A DNA stretch of 31,147 nt, taken from contig CBDDTI010000466.1 of assembly GCA_965233585.1 (NCBI GenBank), positions 1 to 31,147 of the forward strand. Reading direction: 5' to 3'. The stretch is from a bacterium (lineage in GTDB: Bacteria; SAR324; NAC60-12). Position 1 is the first letter of the stretch; each line of letters starts with the position of its first letter. Made by a program: the position numbers and the translations under genes. Shown in pieces: positions 10,981 to 23,464 of this stretch. The notes under the pieces were generated by a model. The model worked only from the letters and a program-made list of their open reading frames with translations. It was not told the origin of the DNA and did no database searches.

Positions 10981-13900
10981 CCCTGAGTCTCCGGAATTAG
11001 TAAATTTAGGTCGAGCTAAATTTACGTAAATGGGAGCAGTTTAGGTAAAACATTTACTAATTTATTTTTCCACCTAAATAAAAAATCAAATTTAGGTTAC
11101 GACCTAAATTAATTTACTGATCGACCTGAATTAATTTACTAATCGACCTAAATTTTTGGATGTTGTATTTTTACTTAAAACTATTTAGTTTTGTTAGCAT
11201 TTTGCATGTGGGGTTTTTACAGAATCATCAAATTTTGCTGTGATTTTGCATGCGTTGCCCTAAGTCTGCAAACCTAGTAACTTTACTAATTTAGTAAACT
11301 TACTAATCGGGAGGAGACTGCGATTCTTTTTTGGCCAAGTCACCCAATATTAGTAGATTGTGTGAACAATGAAAAATGCACCAAAGGTGCATCAAACATG
11401 CCTGTTGTTGTTGTTGTCGTCGTCGTTGTTCTATCTATATAGTTGCCATGCATCTGATACATGGGGAAGAATCTGCTAACAAAATTTTGCAAATTTAGTA
11501 TATGCTGTTTGTTGAGAATGTTCACAAGTAAGCCTCTGTAAAAAACACATGATTTTTGCTAAACTGTATTACGTGTAAGCTAGATTGATGCGAAAAAGAA
11601 GGCCAGAATCTTAGCAAGTGACCACTCAAGTAAAAAAAACAACTATTTAGGGGAACCTACATTGGGATTTACATGAGGTATCTGTATTATATCAAGTGTG
11701 ATTTTTCTAGTGAAATTTACAAAAGATAATTACATTGGAATTTACACGAGTGACTGCGGAGCATTCCAGTTTGGGATGAAAAACATGTTAGGTAGATTGC
11801 AATCACATTAAAACAAATCATATATCAAAGCAGGAAGAACTAAACCATAGCTATGAAAGCTATGCTCTTTGATAAAGAACAAATATAGAGGGGTATTGTT
11901 CGTTTTGTTTTTCAGCCTGGTTTCTTGGTTTGTGTGGTTTTTCTGATTTGGTCTCTTGGCTTTAGTGGCTTTTGGTTTTTATGACTCATAAAGTGTGCTG
12001 CAATTGCTTTTGCGGTTTTTGTGTTTTTTTCGGATTTTGTAGTTTTTGTAGCTGTTGTGGTTTTTATGGTGTGTGGCTCTTGTGGCTCTTGGTTTCTTCG
12101 CCCTTTGGGGTTGTTTTGGTTCGTTGGCTTTTGCGGTTTCTTGGTTTTTGTGCTTTTCCCTCTCTGAGTTTATATGCATGTGTTTGCGAAAGGGATTAAC
12201 ACATGGTTTCAACAAGTGTCCTAACTTGCCCTTTTCCATGTTCTGAAAACAGTATTTCAGGACACTTGTTGAAATTTATTGTCCAAAAAAATTCTACTTG
12301 ATTTGTGTTTCACAACAAATAATCAGTGGGGAAAAAGGGGTGCTCAGTTCTTCATTTGAACTTACATGGAACCAATAGGAAAACCAAAACAAATGAACGG
12401 TACTTCAGAAGAGATTCAATTTCACATTGCCTTCATTTGGGTTTACTTGAGCTAGCATTCAGTTTACATGGCATGAGTGTTTGCACAGTGGACTCTATTT
12501 ATTTGAGACTGCTTTTAGGGACCCTGCATTCACTTAACTTTACTTCAGACTGCGCTGGTGGCTGCACTTGGACTTTATACTTGAGAACAATTCCAATGAG
12601 TTTGCTTTTGAAAACAACTCCAATGAACTTTACCCGAGAGGGAATCCAGTGAACTTTACTTGGGAACAACTCCAATGAACTTTACATATCTGAAAAAAAA
12701 ACTTTACCTGAGAACCCTTTTTTAAGGCTGCTCAAGACGATATTGGGGTCACGTCCAGTTAACTTGGTTTGAAACCATTTCCCTTGAACTTTTGGTGAAT
12801 CCTATCTTACAGAAACAATTTTCTTTTAGATTCAACACGCCACCTGAATCTTCATGAGATGCCTCATCTCATCATCAAATGCATTCAGCTTGTCATCTTG
12901 TCTACATGTTTATTTTGGAATTCAACTATACTATACAAGGTTGCTTGCGACTTTCATTCTTAAGACTCATGTATTCCACCGCAGTTCAAATTGCAAAAAC
13001 ATATGAAAACTATTTGGAGTTATCTTGAATACAGGTTTTGCTGTATTTTTATATTTACGTTATGGTTTCACGTATAGACTCTTGTTTTTTTTGGGGGGGT
13101 CACAACACATGGTTCTTGTACACAAGGCCTTCAGGAAATCCCTTTTGAATTTCTTATGAACTTCTTGTGACATTTCATGATCTTCTTTTGCATTTTCAAG
13201 AAATCGTTATGCATTTTTTATGCTTTTCTTATGCAGTTCTTATGCATTTCTTATGCATATCTTATGCAATTCTTTTGCATTTCTTATGCAATTATTTTGC
13301 ATTTCTTATGCAATTCTTTTGCAATTCTTATGCATTTCTTATGCACTTCTTATGCAGTTCTTTTGCAGTTTTAAAAACTTCATACACTTTTGCCAAAACT
13401 GCATACACTTTTGCCAAAACTGCATACACTTTTGCCCAAAACGTATGAAGTTGTAAAAACTGCATAAGAATTGCATAAGAAATGCATAAGAATTGCATAA
13501 GAAATGCGTAAGAAATTCATAAGAAATGCATAAGACATGCATAAGAAATTCATAAGAAATTCCTTTACAAAAAATCAGAAATGCATAAAAACTGCAAACA
13601 AAAATGCAAAAGAAGTAAAAGGAATTCAGGAGAATTTCAATAGACATGCAAAAGGAATGCATCAGAATTTCAGAAGAAATTCACAAGAAAATATTGCCAT
13701 TGTGTCCAAAAAATGATGAAAAAATGGAATGCCTCAGGAATTTCTTTTGAAATTATGTTGCTGTTCCTTTGCACTCTTCATGCACTTTCTACTGCATAGA
13801 AATTTTCTCCAAAATTAATTCAAACCTCATCAAACACCGAAAAACGTTCATCACATGTTTATCAATTTTCGTTTGCACAACACTGACTTCAACTGAATCT

Positions 13901-15879
13901 GAATTTGCCAAAACAGATTCCAGGATATTTTGACCCAGCTGCTCAAGTAAAACCAAGCCCAACCCATGTAAACCCTTCAAGGTCTTATATAAGTATGCAA
14001 CAAATAAATGCGATTATACTTACAATATGTTATTATGTTACTATAGCTTTAGGCCTCCCCACCTTCAACCCTAATGCTCAAACAACATCAAGAAAAACCC
14101 AAGCAAAACGAACAGGTTTGAACTACCTTTTATGATCACAAATAGATCTTAAATACGTTCATGTAAACCTTCAGGTGGGGATGTCTCAACATGAGGTGTC
14201 CTTTTTTCTTTAAAGTGACATTTTATCCCATAAAAAGGACACCTTATTTGTTTGATGATTTTTTTTAGAGTTAAAGTGTTTAGCTTTCAATTTTACCAGA
14301 AACGTGGTCACTTGCTAGGATCCTGGTTGTACTTTAACATGTACATTAAGGGTCCAGATTACAGAAAAAATGGCCTGCGGTCTACAAAACGGAAGGGGAC
14401 AGCCTGAGAGTGTTTTTTTTGTGTTTTCTACACCTGCAATGGATTAATTTGTTCTTCGCAGTCTCGCCTTTGCATGGTCTTTCCTTTTTGCAGAATACAA
14501 CACCCCAAAAAGAACAAACACAAACAAACAAGAAACCCAAAAATTCCACCAAAAAAGAGCACCAACCCAAGAAACCAAAATACAAAGAAACAAAACAAAT
14601 TGCACACCCAAAACGGGGGAAGATGCAGAGAATTGGGTCCCGTCATGTTTTCTGTTTTGTTTGTTTTTTTGGTTTGTCTTTTTGGTTCCTTGTTTCTTTT
14701 GAAGGGCTGGCAGGACAAAAAAAGTGGCAGGACCTAACCTTCTGCTACTTCTCCCAGCTTAGGGTTTGCAAATTTGATTTTTGTTATTGTTTGCTGTGGG
14801 TCTGTGGTTTCATGACAAAACTACGACAAAACCACAGAAAAATGTAGGTATCATCGTGGGAACTTTGTGGGTTTGGGACATGGATTGGGCAATTTTATGT
14901 CCGATTCAGTTTTGAAAATATGCCAAAAGATTATGCAAAACATAGGCAGCCAATCAATTTGTAGGATTGACTTTGCTATTGGCATTTTTCAGTCAAAACC
15001 TTAGGTCAACAACACCTGAAATTAGTCCATTAAATATGAACAAAAAACTAATCACAGTTTTTGACCTACCCATGGAACACTTTAAAAAATGTTCAACATC
15101 CAATACATACAACACATTTCCAAAACATCTACATATCAAAGCAGATGCATACAAAACACGTATACAAAATCACAATTTCTCATCAGAAATTACATTGATT
15201 TTTAGATATTCCAACATAGAAACGTTAGTAGGTGTTTTTCTAACATAAGTGAATTGTGGTACATACGTAGATTTTACTAACACAAGGAAAACTCTTGAAT
15301 TTACGGTAGTAAGTCCCACAGTTTAAATAATTTTGTGCGCACCTAAATTCACTAGCTTTGCGGACTTATGGTGGTTGCTGGTGCATCTATGTTTGGCCTA
15401 ATGGTTTTCACTTGTGTGGGAAGATTTAGGAGAAAGGATGAGAGCTATGACTCCTGCAGTTGAAACACAGCTTACCTCAAACTAGCCTTGTTTCTTGATG
15501 TTACTTATGCCATTGTTTTTGACTTTGATTGACTTTGCAGCTTGTCACTTTGCTTGATTTACTTGTGATGGCTTCTGTTACTTCACATCAAACCACTTGT
15601 TCTTTTGAACAGCCAACCGCACACACACACGTGATATTTTTGAAAACAGCACAATATTTATAGAGAAACTCGTCAGATCAAGACACATAGCTGACTTGAG
15701 AACATCATGTGAATATACCGAAAACAACAGAAATTTAAGCAAAAAAAAGTCACTATGAAATTTAGGTTACGACCTAAATTAATTTGGGTCGTAAAAAATA
15801 GGTCAATTTTTGCACCTAATTTTTTTGGATTATCTAAATCAAGGCCCTAAGTAAAATTACTAATTCCGGAGACTCAGGG
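10981..15879. mobile_element. Non-autonomous ~4.9-kb CACTA/EnSpm-like DNA transposon, copy 1 (TSD TT)
   Basis: 28-bp TIR CCCTGAGTCTCCGGAATTAGTAAATTTA (one mismatch at the right end). TT lies on both flanks (10979-10980 and 15880-15881). Subterminal repeats TTTAGGTCG/CGACCTAAA occur at both ends. No long ORF. Superfamily inferred from the CCC...GGG termini, 2-bp TSD and subterminal repeats. Confidence 0.85.
13205..13562. repeat. Central inverted microsatellite of nested element copy 1
   Basis: ~11-bp TGCAWTTCTTA units on the left and complementary TAAGAAWTGCA units on the right, around a loop of 21-bp CATACACTTTTGCCAAAACTG x3 closed by CTTCATAC...GTATGAAG. Confidence 0.85.
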
Positions 15880-15881
15880 TT

Positions 15882-17205
15882 GCCATGAGTGTGCATCATC
15901 TCGAACATCACGAAAACTCTGGGCATTGCTGTGCAGATTGATCTTTTTCCGGAGACGCTTTGCTTCTGCCAGCCTGTGGACAAAGTAGCGCACCTTCCTG
16001 CTGATCCACATGTGTCGCTTGTCATTGTTTGGAGCCAGGATTTCCTTCCACAGGTCAGAGTCCACTTTGGGTTTTGCACCATTCCCTTGGTCAGTGTCAG
16101 TGAAAAAACTGTTCAAAATTCATACACAGCAAAGTTTCTGGACCTGAAAAGAAAATATACCATCAAGAATTGCCAAGGGACGCAGAACCTCAGAGCCAAT
16201 GATCTTCAAGGTGAGGGCTGAAGTCTTGGACTCGAAGTTCGACCAGTGATATGCCACTAAGTCCTGTGTTGCTTGGTGCAACGTGGGGTACATCTTAATC
16301 ACAGAGGCCTCCAAGGCTGAAACCTTCTTGTGTTCCCTGCCACTGCCACCATTGAACTCCTGGATAAGCTCACCAATCCCCTCATTCCAAGTTTTACCCG
16401 TCTCATCTGGCGAAACATGAACGCACACTGAATTGGGTCTGGTCTTGGCCTTGATGATTCACTGAACTTCTCTGCAAGGCAATTGAACTGGTCAGCCTTA
16501 GCATCACCTGAAGTCTTATGAACACACCTGAACCCGTAGCATGCTGCAAGGAAAGGGTAAAGAGATTTCAGCTCAGCGTCTGTCAGAGACACATCGATGG
16601 CAGCAACCAGGATGAGCTTCATGGCGATGATTTTGGTGTACCCATTTGTGATGGTCACTGAGAACGGGTCGATGTTGGACCCAGGGTTCAGATTCTTGAA
16701 GCTGACACCAATGGGATTTTTGACTGAGTGGTATGGGACTTCAAGGAACTCTTGCACGAGCCTGAGCACATACACACTCTTCGAGGTTCCTTTGAAGCTG
16801 AAATCTGGTCCAAAGCCCAGCATCCAAGGTTGTAAGACAATCTCCTCTGTACTCCCTTCTGCTGGTGGCACCGGCACAGCCAGAGCTGCTGCACGTCGCT
16901 CAAACTGAAAAGAAGGCTGCACCCTCTCAATGCAAATCATCGGGTCATGAAGGTCACTGCGAAAAGCTCCATGGTTCTGCCCGAACTGGTTCACCAGGTA
17001 GGTACCTTCAGTGAATCGACTGACACTGTCACTCAGGTGAAAATGCAATTTGACCACTCGAACAACATATTTCTATACTGGGGCCTAAGCTGCAGTCCAC
17101 TGCATCATCCATTTCTGGGCTGCCAGATCCACTGAACATCTCAGTGGACCAGTTGATGAGCTTCTGGGCTGCGGCTTTTGCCTCAGGGCTTGCCCTCCAC
17201 GCCAT
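15882..17205 (-). pseudogene. 5' portion of cargo gene 1 (MAWRASPEAK...), intron-containing, with a tentative ParB/Srx-like segment
   Basis: GCCATGG start at 17205. A GC-AG intron (17084-17006) joins ORF 17029..17388 in frame to ORF 16299..17057 (...VDCSL-G-TYLVNQFG...). There is a frameshift near 16410 into ORF 16120..16428, then a probable second intron at ~16187-16086 (phase unresolved), then ORF 15874..16116. Confidence 0.7.
17006..17084 (-). other. 79-bp GC-AG intron in cargo gene 1
   Basis: Donor TTAG|GCCCCA and acceptor CTGAAG|GTACC on the minus strand. Removal restores a continuous frame. Confidence 0.6.
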
Positions 17206-17594
17206 GGCAAGTTCCAAAATTGGGATGTCCTGAAAAATTCTGAGCCAAAAGTGCTGAAAGTCATCATTCTCAAATGACTTCAGATGATAGTGCCAAAACC
17301 TCCTGGTCCTGTGCCAATGCTCAAGAACTGGCACTGGCCACCCCCACCAGTGCCATTTCTCATGAATTGCTACATGAAGTGCTGCCAAAAGTTATCCACC
17401 ATCAGTTAGAGTTCAAGAAAAGGCAGCTGAAGATAACTCAATAAAGAGAAATGGCACTAGCGGTGGTGGGCAGTGCCATTTCTCAGCTGTGGAAACTGAA
17501 TCCTGAGATTGGGCACAATCAATTGACATCACTAAGTATCTCCTCAGTTTCAGACAAACCTCTATTGGGACATCACTGAAGGCGGTGAAGCCCT

Positions 17595-18603
17595 CAGAAA
17601 TGGCACTGGCCAGGGTGGCTAGTGCCATTTCTCCAGATGCCAATAGTGTAGTGACTTTGGAAATCGGGGCCTGGTACCTTACAGGCCACTGGAAAGAAAC
17701 TTTAAGACCAAATAGGCAATGTCATTAAGATAATGATGTCCTGAGAAATGGCACTGGCCAGGGTGGCTAGTGCCATTTCTCCAGATGTCATTATTGTAGT
17801 GACTTTGGAAATCGGGAGCTGAAAAATGACAAAGAAACTTCAAAGACCAAAAAGGCAATGTCATTAAGATAATGATGTCCTGAGAAATGGCACTGGCCAG
17901 GGTGGCTAGTGCCATTTCTCCAGATGTCATTATTGTAGTGACTTTGGAAATCGGGAGCTGAAAAATGACAAAGAAACTTCAAAGACCAAAAAGGCAATGT
18001 CATTAAGATAATGATGTCCTGAGAAATGGCACTGGCCAGGGTGGCTAGTGCCATTTCTCCAGATGTCATTATTGTAGTGACCTTGGAAATCGGGAGCTGA
18101 AAAATGACAAAGAAACTTCAAAGACCAAAAAGGCAATGTCATTAAGATAATGATGTCCTGAGAAATGGCACTGGCCAGGGTGGCTAGTGCCATTTCTCCA
18201 GATGTCATTATTGTAGTGACTTTGGAAATCGGGAGCTGAAAAATGACAAAGAAACTTCAAAGACCAAAAAGGCAATGTCATTAAGATAATGATGTCCTGA
18301 GACATGGCACTGGCCAGGGTGGCTAGTGCCATTTCTCCAGATGCCATTATTGTAGTGACCTTGGAAATCGGGAGCTGAAAAATGACAAAGAAACTTCAAA
18401 GACCAAAAAGGCAATGTCATTAAGATAATGATGTCCTGAGAAATGGCACTGGCCAGGGTGGCTAGTGCCATTTCTCCAGATGTCATTATTGTAGTGACTT
18501 TGGAAATCGGGAGCTGATACTTTACAGACCACTGGAAAGAAACTTTAAGACCAAATAGGTAATGTAATTAAGATAATGGTGTCCTGAGAAATGGCACTAG
18601 CCA
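17595..18603. repeat. 139/148-bp tandem array, each unit containing a 39-bp palindrome
   Basis: GAGAAATGGCACT-GGCCAGGGTGGCT-AGTGCCATTTCTC at 17595, 17743, 17882, 18021, 18160, 18299 and 18438, with an interrupted copy at 18586. Inner spacing is 139 bp; the outer two intervals are 148 bp. Confidence 0.95.
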
Positions 18604-21600
18604 CCCTGAGTCTCCGGAATTAGTAAATTTAGGTCGAGCTAAATTTACGTAAATGGGAGCAGTTTAGGTAAAACATTTACTAATTTATTTTTCCACCTAA
18701 ATAAAAAATCAAATTTAGGTTACGACCTAAATTAATTTACTGATCGACCTGAATTAATTTACTAATCGACCTAAATTTTTGGATGTTGCATTTTTACTTA
18801 AAACTATTTAGTTGCGTTAGCATTTTGCATGTGGGGTTTGTACAGAATCATCAAAATTTGCTGTGATTTTGCACTGCAAACCTAGTAACTTTACTAATTT
18901 AGTAAACTTACTAATCGGGAGGAGACTGCGATTCTTTTTTGGCCAAGTCATCCAATATTAGTAGATTGTGTGAACAATGAAAAGTGCACCAAAGGTGCAT
19001 CAAACATGCCTGTTGTTGTTGTTCTATCTATATAGTTGCCATGCATCTGATACATGGGGAAGAATCTGCTAACAAAATTTTGCAAATTTAGTATATGCTG
19101 TTTGTTGAGAATGTTCACAAGTAAGCCTCTGTCAAAAACACATGATTTTTGCTAAACTGTATTACGTGTAAGCTAGATTGATGCGAAAAAGAAGGCCAGA
19201 ATCTTAGCAAGTGACCACTCAAGTAAAAAAAACAACTACTTAGGGGAACCTACATTGGGATTTACATGAGGTATCTGTATTATATCAAGTGTGATTTTTC
19301 TAGTGAAATTTACAAAAGATAATTACATTGGAATTTACACGAGTGACTGCGGAGCATTCCAGTTTGGGATGAAAAACATGTTAGGCAGATTGCAATCACA
19401 TTAAAACAAATCATATATCAAAGCAGGAAGAACTAAACCATAGCTATGAAAGCTATGCTCTTTGATAAAGAACAAATATAGAGGGGTATTGTTCGTTTTG
19501 TTTTTCAGCCTGGTTTCTTGGTTTGTGTGGTTTTTCTGATTTGGTCTCTTGGCTTTAGTGGCTTTTGGTCTTTATGACTCATAAAGTGTGCTGCAATTGC
19601 TTTTGCGGTTTTTGTGTTTTTTTCGGATTTTGTAGTTTTTGTAGCTGTTGTGGTTTTTATGGTGTGTGGCTCTTGTGGCTCTTGGTTTCTTCGCCCTTTG
19701 GGGTTGTTTTGGTTCGTTGGCTTTTGCGGTTTCTTGGTTTTTGTGTTTTTCCCTCTGAGTTTATATGCATGTGTTTGCGAAAGGGATTAACACATGTTTT
19801 CAACAAGTGTCCTAACTTGCCCTTTTCCAAGTTCTGAAAACAGTATTTCAGGACACTTGTTGAAAATTATTGTCCAACTATTTCTACTTGAATGTGTTTC
19901 ACAACAAATAATCTGTGGGGAAAAAGGGGTGCTCAGTTCTTCATTTGAACTTACATGGGACCAATAGGAAAACCAAAACAAATGAACGGTATTTCAGAAG
20001 AGATTCAATTTCACATTGCCTTCATTTGGGTTTACTTGAGTTATTAGCATTCAGTTTACATGGCATGAGTGTTTGCACAGTGGACTCTATTTATTTGAGA
20101 CTGCTTTTAGGGACCCTGCATTCACTTAACTTTACTTCAGACTGCGCTGGTGGCTGCACTTGGACTTTATACTTGAGAACAATTCCAATGAATTTGCTTT
20201 TGAAAACAACTCCAATGAACTTTACCCGAGAGGGAATCCAGTGAACTTTACTTGGGAACAACTCCAATGAACTTTACATATCTGAAAAAAAGAACTTTAC
20301 CTGAGAACCCTTTTTTAAGGCTGCCCAAGATGATATTGGGGTCACGTCCAGTTAACTTGGTTTGAAACCATTTCCCTTGAACTTTTGGTCAATCCTATCT
20401 TACAGAAACAGTTTTTTTTAGATTCAACACGCCACCTGAATCTTCATGAGATGCCTCATCTCATCATCAAATGCATTCAGCTTGTCATCTTGTCTACATG
20501 TTTATTTTGGAATTCAACTATACTATACAAGGTTGCTTGCGACTTTCATTCTTAAGACTCATGTATTCCACCGCAGTTCAAATTGCAAAAACATATGAAA
20601 ACTATTTGGAGTTATCTTGAATACAGGTGTTGATGTATTTTTATATTTACGTTATGGTTTCACGTATAGACTCTTGTTTTTTTTTGGGGGGGGTCACAAC
20701 ACATGGTTCTTGTACACCAGGCCTTCAGGAAATCCCTTTTGAATTTCTTATGAACTTCTTGTGACATTTCATGATTTTCTTTTGTATTTTTAAGAAATCT
20801 TTATGCAGTTCTTATGCATTTCTTATGCATATCTTATGCAATTCTTTTGCATTTCTTATGCAATTCTTTTGCATTTCTTATGCAATTCTTTTGCAATTCT
20901 TATGCATTTCTTATGCATTTCTTATGCACTTCTTATGCAGTTCTTATGCAGTTTTAAAAACTTCATACACTTTTGCCAAAACTGCATACACTTTTGCCCA
21001 AAACGTATGAAGTTGTAAAAACTGCATAAGAATTGCATAAGAAATGCATAAGAATTGCATAAGAAATGCGTAAGAAATTCATAAGAAATGCATAAGACAT
21101 GCATAAGAAATTCATAAGAAATTCCTTTAAAAAATCAGAAATGCATAAAAACTGCAAACAAAAATGCAAAAGAAGTAAAAGGAATTCAGGAGAATTTCAA
21201 TAGATATGCAAAAGGAATGCATCAGAATTTCAGAAGAAATTCACAAGAAAATATTGCCATTGTGTCCAAAAAAATGATGAAAAAATGGAATGCCTCAGGA
21301 ATTTCTCTTAAAATTATGTTGCTGTTCCTTTGCACTCTTCATGCACTTTCTACTGCATAGAAATTTTCTCCAAAATTAATTCAAACCTCATCAAACATCG
21401 AAAACGCGCATCACATGTTTATCATTTTTTCTCCAACCAGCTCCCTTCTTTTGCACAACACTGACTTCAACTGAATCTGAATTTGCCAAAACAGATTCCA
21501 GGATATTTTGACCCAGCTGCTCAAGTAAAACCAAACCCAACCCATGTAAACCCTTCAAGGTCTTATATAAGTATGCAACAAATAAATGCGATTATACTTA

Positions 21601-23464
21601 TAATATGTTACTATGTTACTATAGCTTTAGGCCTCCCCACCTTCAACCCTAATGTTCAAACAACATCAAGAAAAAACCAAACAAAATGAACAGGTTTGAA
21701 CTACCTTTTTTATGATCACAAATAGGTCTTAAATAAGTTCATGTAAACCTTCAGGTGGGGATGTCTCAACATGAGGTGTCCTTTTTTCTTTTAAAGTGAC
21801 ATTTTATCCCATAAAAAGGACACCTTATTTTTTGATGATTTTTTTAGAGTTAAAGTGTTTAGCTTTCAATTTTACCAGAAACGTGGTCACTTGCTAGGAT
21901 CCTGGTTGTACTTTAACATGTACATTAAGGGTCCAGATTACAGAAAAAATGGCCTGCGGTCTACAAAACGGAAGGGGACAGCCTGAGAGTGTTTTTTTGT
22001 GTTTTCTACACCTGCAATGGATTAATTTGTTCTTCGCAGTCTCGCCTTTGCATGGTCTTTCCTTTTTGCAGAATACAATGATACAACACCCAAAAAAGAA
22101 CAAAAACAAACAAACAAGAAACCCAGAAATTCCACCAAAAAAGAGCACCAACCCAAGAAACCAAAATACAAAGAAACAAAACAAATTGCACACCCAAAAC
22201 GGGGGAAGATGCAGAGAATTGGGTCCCGTCATGTTTTCTGTTTTGTTTGTTTTTTTGGTTTGTCTTTTTGGTTCCTTGTTTCTTTTGAAGGGCTGGCAGG
22301 ACAAAAAAGTGGCAGGACCTAACCTTCTGCTACTTCTCCCAGCTTAGGGTTTGCAAAATTGTTTTTTTTTATTGATTGCTGTGGGTCTGTGGTTTCATGA
22401 CAAAACTACGACAAAACCACAGAAAGATGTAGGTATCATCGTGGGAACTTCGTGGGTTTGGGACATGGATTGGGCAATTTTATGTCCGATTCAGTTTTGA
22501 AAATATGCCAAAAGATTATGCAAAACATAGGCAGCCAATCAATTTGTAGGATTGACTTTGCTATTGGCATTTTTCAGTCAAAACCTTAGGTCAACAACAC
22601 CTGAAATTAGTCCATTAAATATGAAAAAAAAACTAATCACAGTTTTTGACCTACCCATGGAACACTTTAAAAATGTTCAACATCCAATACATACAACGCA
22701 TTTCCAAAACATCTACATATCAAAGCAGATGCATACAAAACACGTATACAAAATCACAATTTCTCATCAGAAATTACATTGATTTTTAGATATTCCAACA
22801 TAGAAACGTTAGTAGGTGTTTTTCTAACATAAGTGAATTGTGGTACATACGTAGATTTTACTAACACAAGGAAAACTCTTGAATTTACGGTAGTAAGTCC
22901 CACAGTTTCAATAATTTTGTGCGCACCTAAATTCACTAGCTTTGCGGACTTATGGTGGTTGCTGGTGCGTCTATGTTTGGCCTAATGGTTTTCACTTGTG
23001 TGGGAAGATTTAGGAGAAAGGATGAGAGCTATGACTCCTGCAGTTGAAACACAGCTTACCTCAAACTAGCCTTGTTTCTTGATGTTACTTATGCCATTGT
23101 TTTTGACTTTGGTTGACTTTGCAGCTTGTCACTTTGCTTGATTTACTTGTGATGGCTTCTGTTACTTCACATCAAACCACTTGTTCTTTTGAACAGCCAA
23201 CCGCACACACACAAGTGATATTTTTGAAAACAGCACAATATTTATAGAGAAACTCGTCAGATCAAGACACATAGCTGACTTGAGAACATCATGTGAATAT
23301 ACTGAAAACAACAGAATTTTAAGCAAAAAAAGTCACTATGAAATTTAGGTTACGACCTAAATTAAATTAGGACGTTAAAAAAATAGGTCAATTTTTGCAC
23401 CTAATTTTTTTGGATTACCTAAATCAAGGCCCTAAGTAAATTTACTAATTCCGGAGACTCAGGG
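18604..23464. mobile_element. Non-autonomous ~4.9-kb CACTA/EnSpm-like DNA transposon, copy 2 (TSD CA)
   Basis: Perfect 28-bp TIR CCCTGAGTCTCCGGAATTAGTAAATTTA. CA lies on both flanks (18602-18603 and 23465-23466). Same orientation as copy 1 and near-identical to it along its whole length. Confidence 0.85.
20800..21124. repeat. Central inverted microsatellite of nested element copy 2
   Basis: Same structure as 13205-13562 but with fewer left-hand units and two rather than three 21-bp loop units. Confidence 0.85.

Noticed and set aside
17595..18603. CRISPR-like array (palindromic repeat plus spacer)
   Set aside because: The ~100-bp intervening sequences are near-identical rather than unique, there are no cas genes, and the context is eukaryotic. 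The 92-aa repeat ORFs here are artefacts.
10981..23464. Simple tandem segmental duplication; also coding potential of the duplicated ORFs such as 12326..12652 and 19915..20244
   Set aside because: Homology stops exactly at the TIRs and each copy has its own TSD. The ORFs are short or low-complexity and match only because the copies are young.
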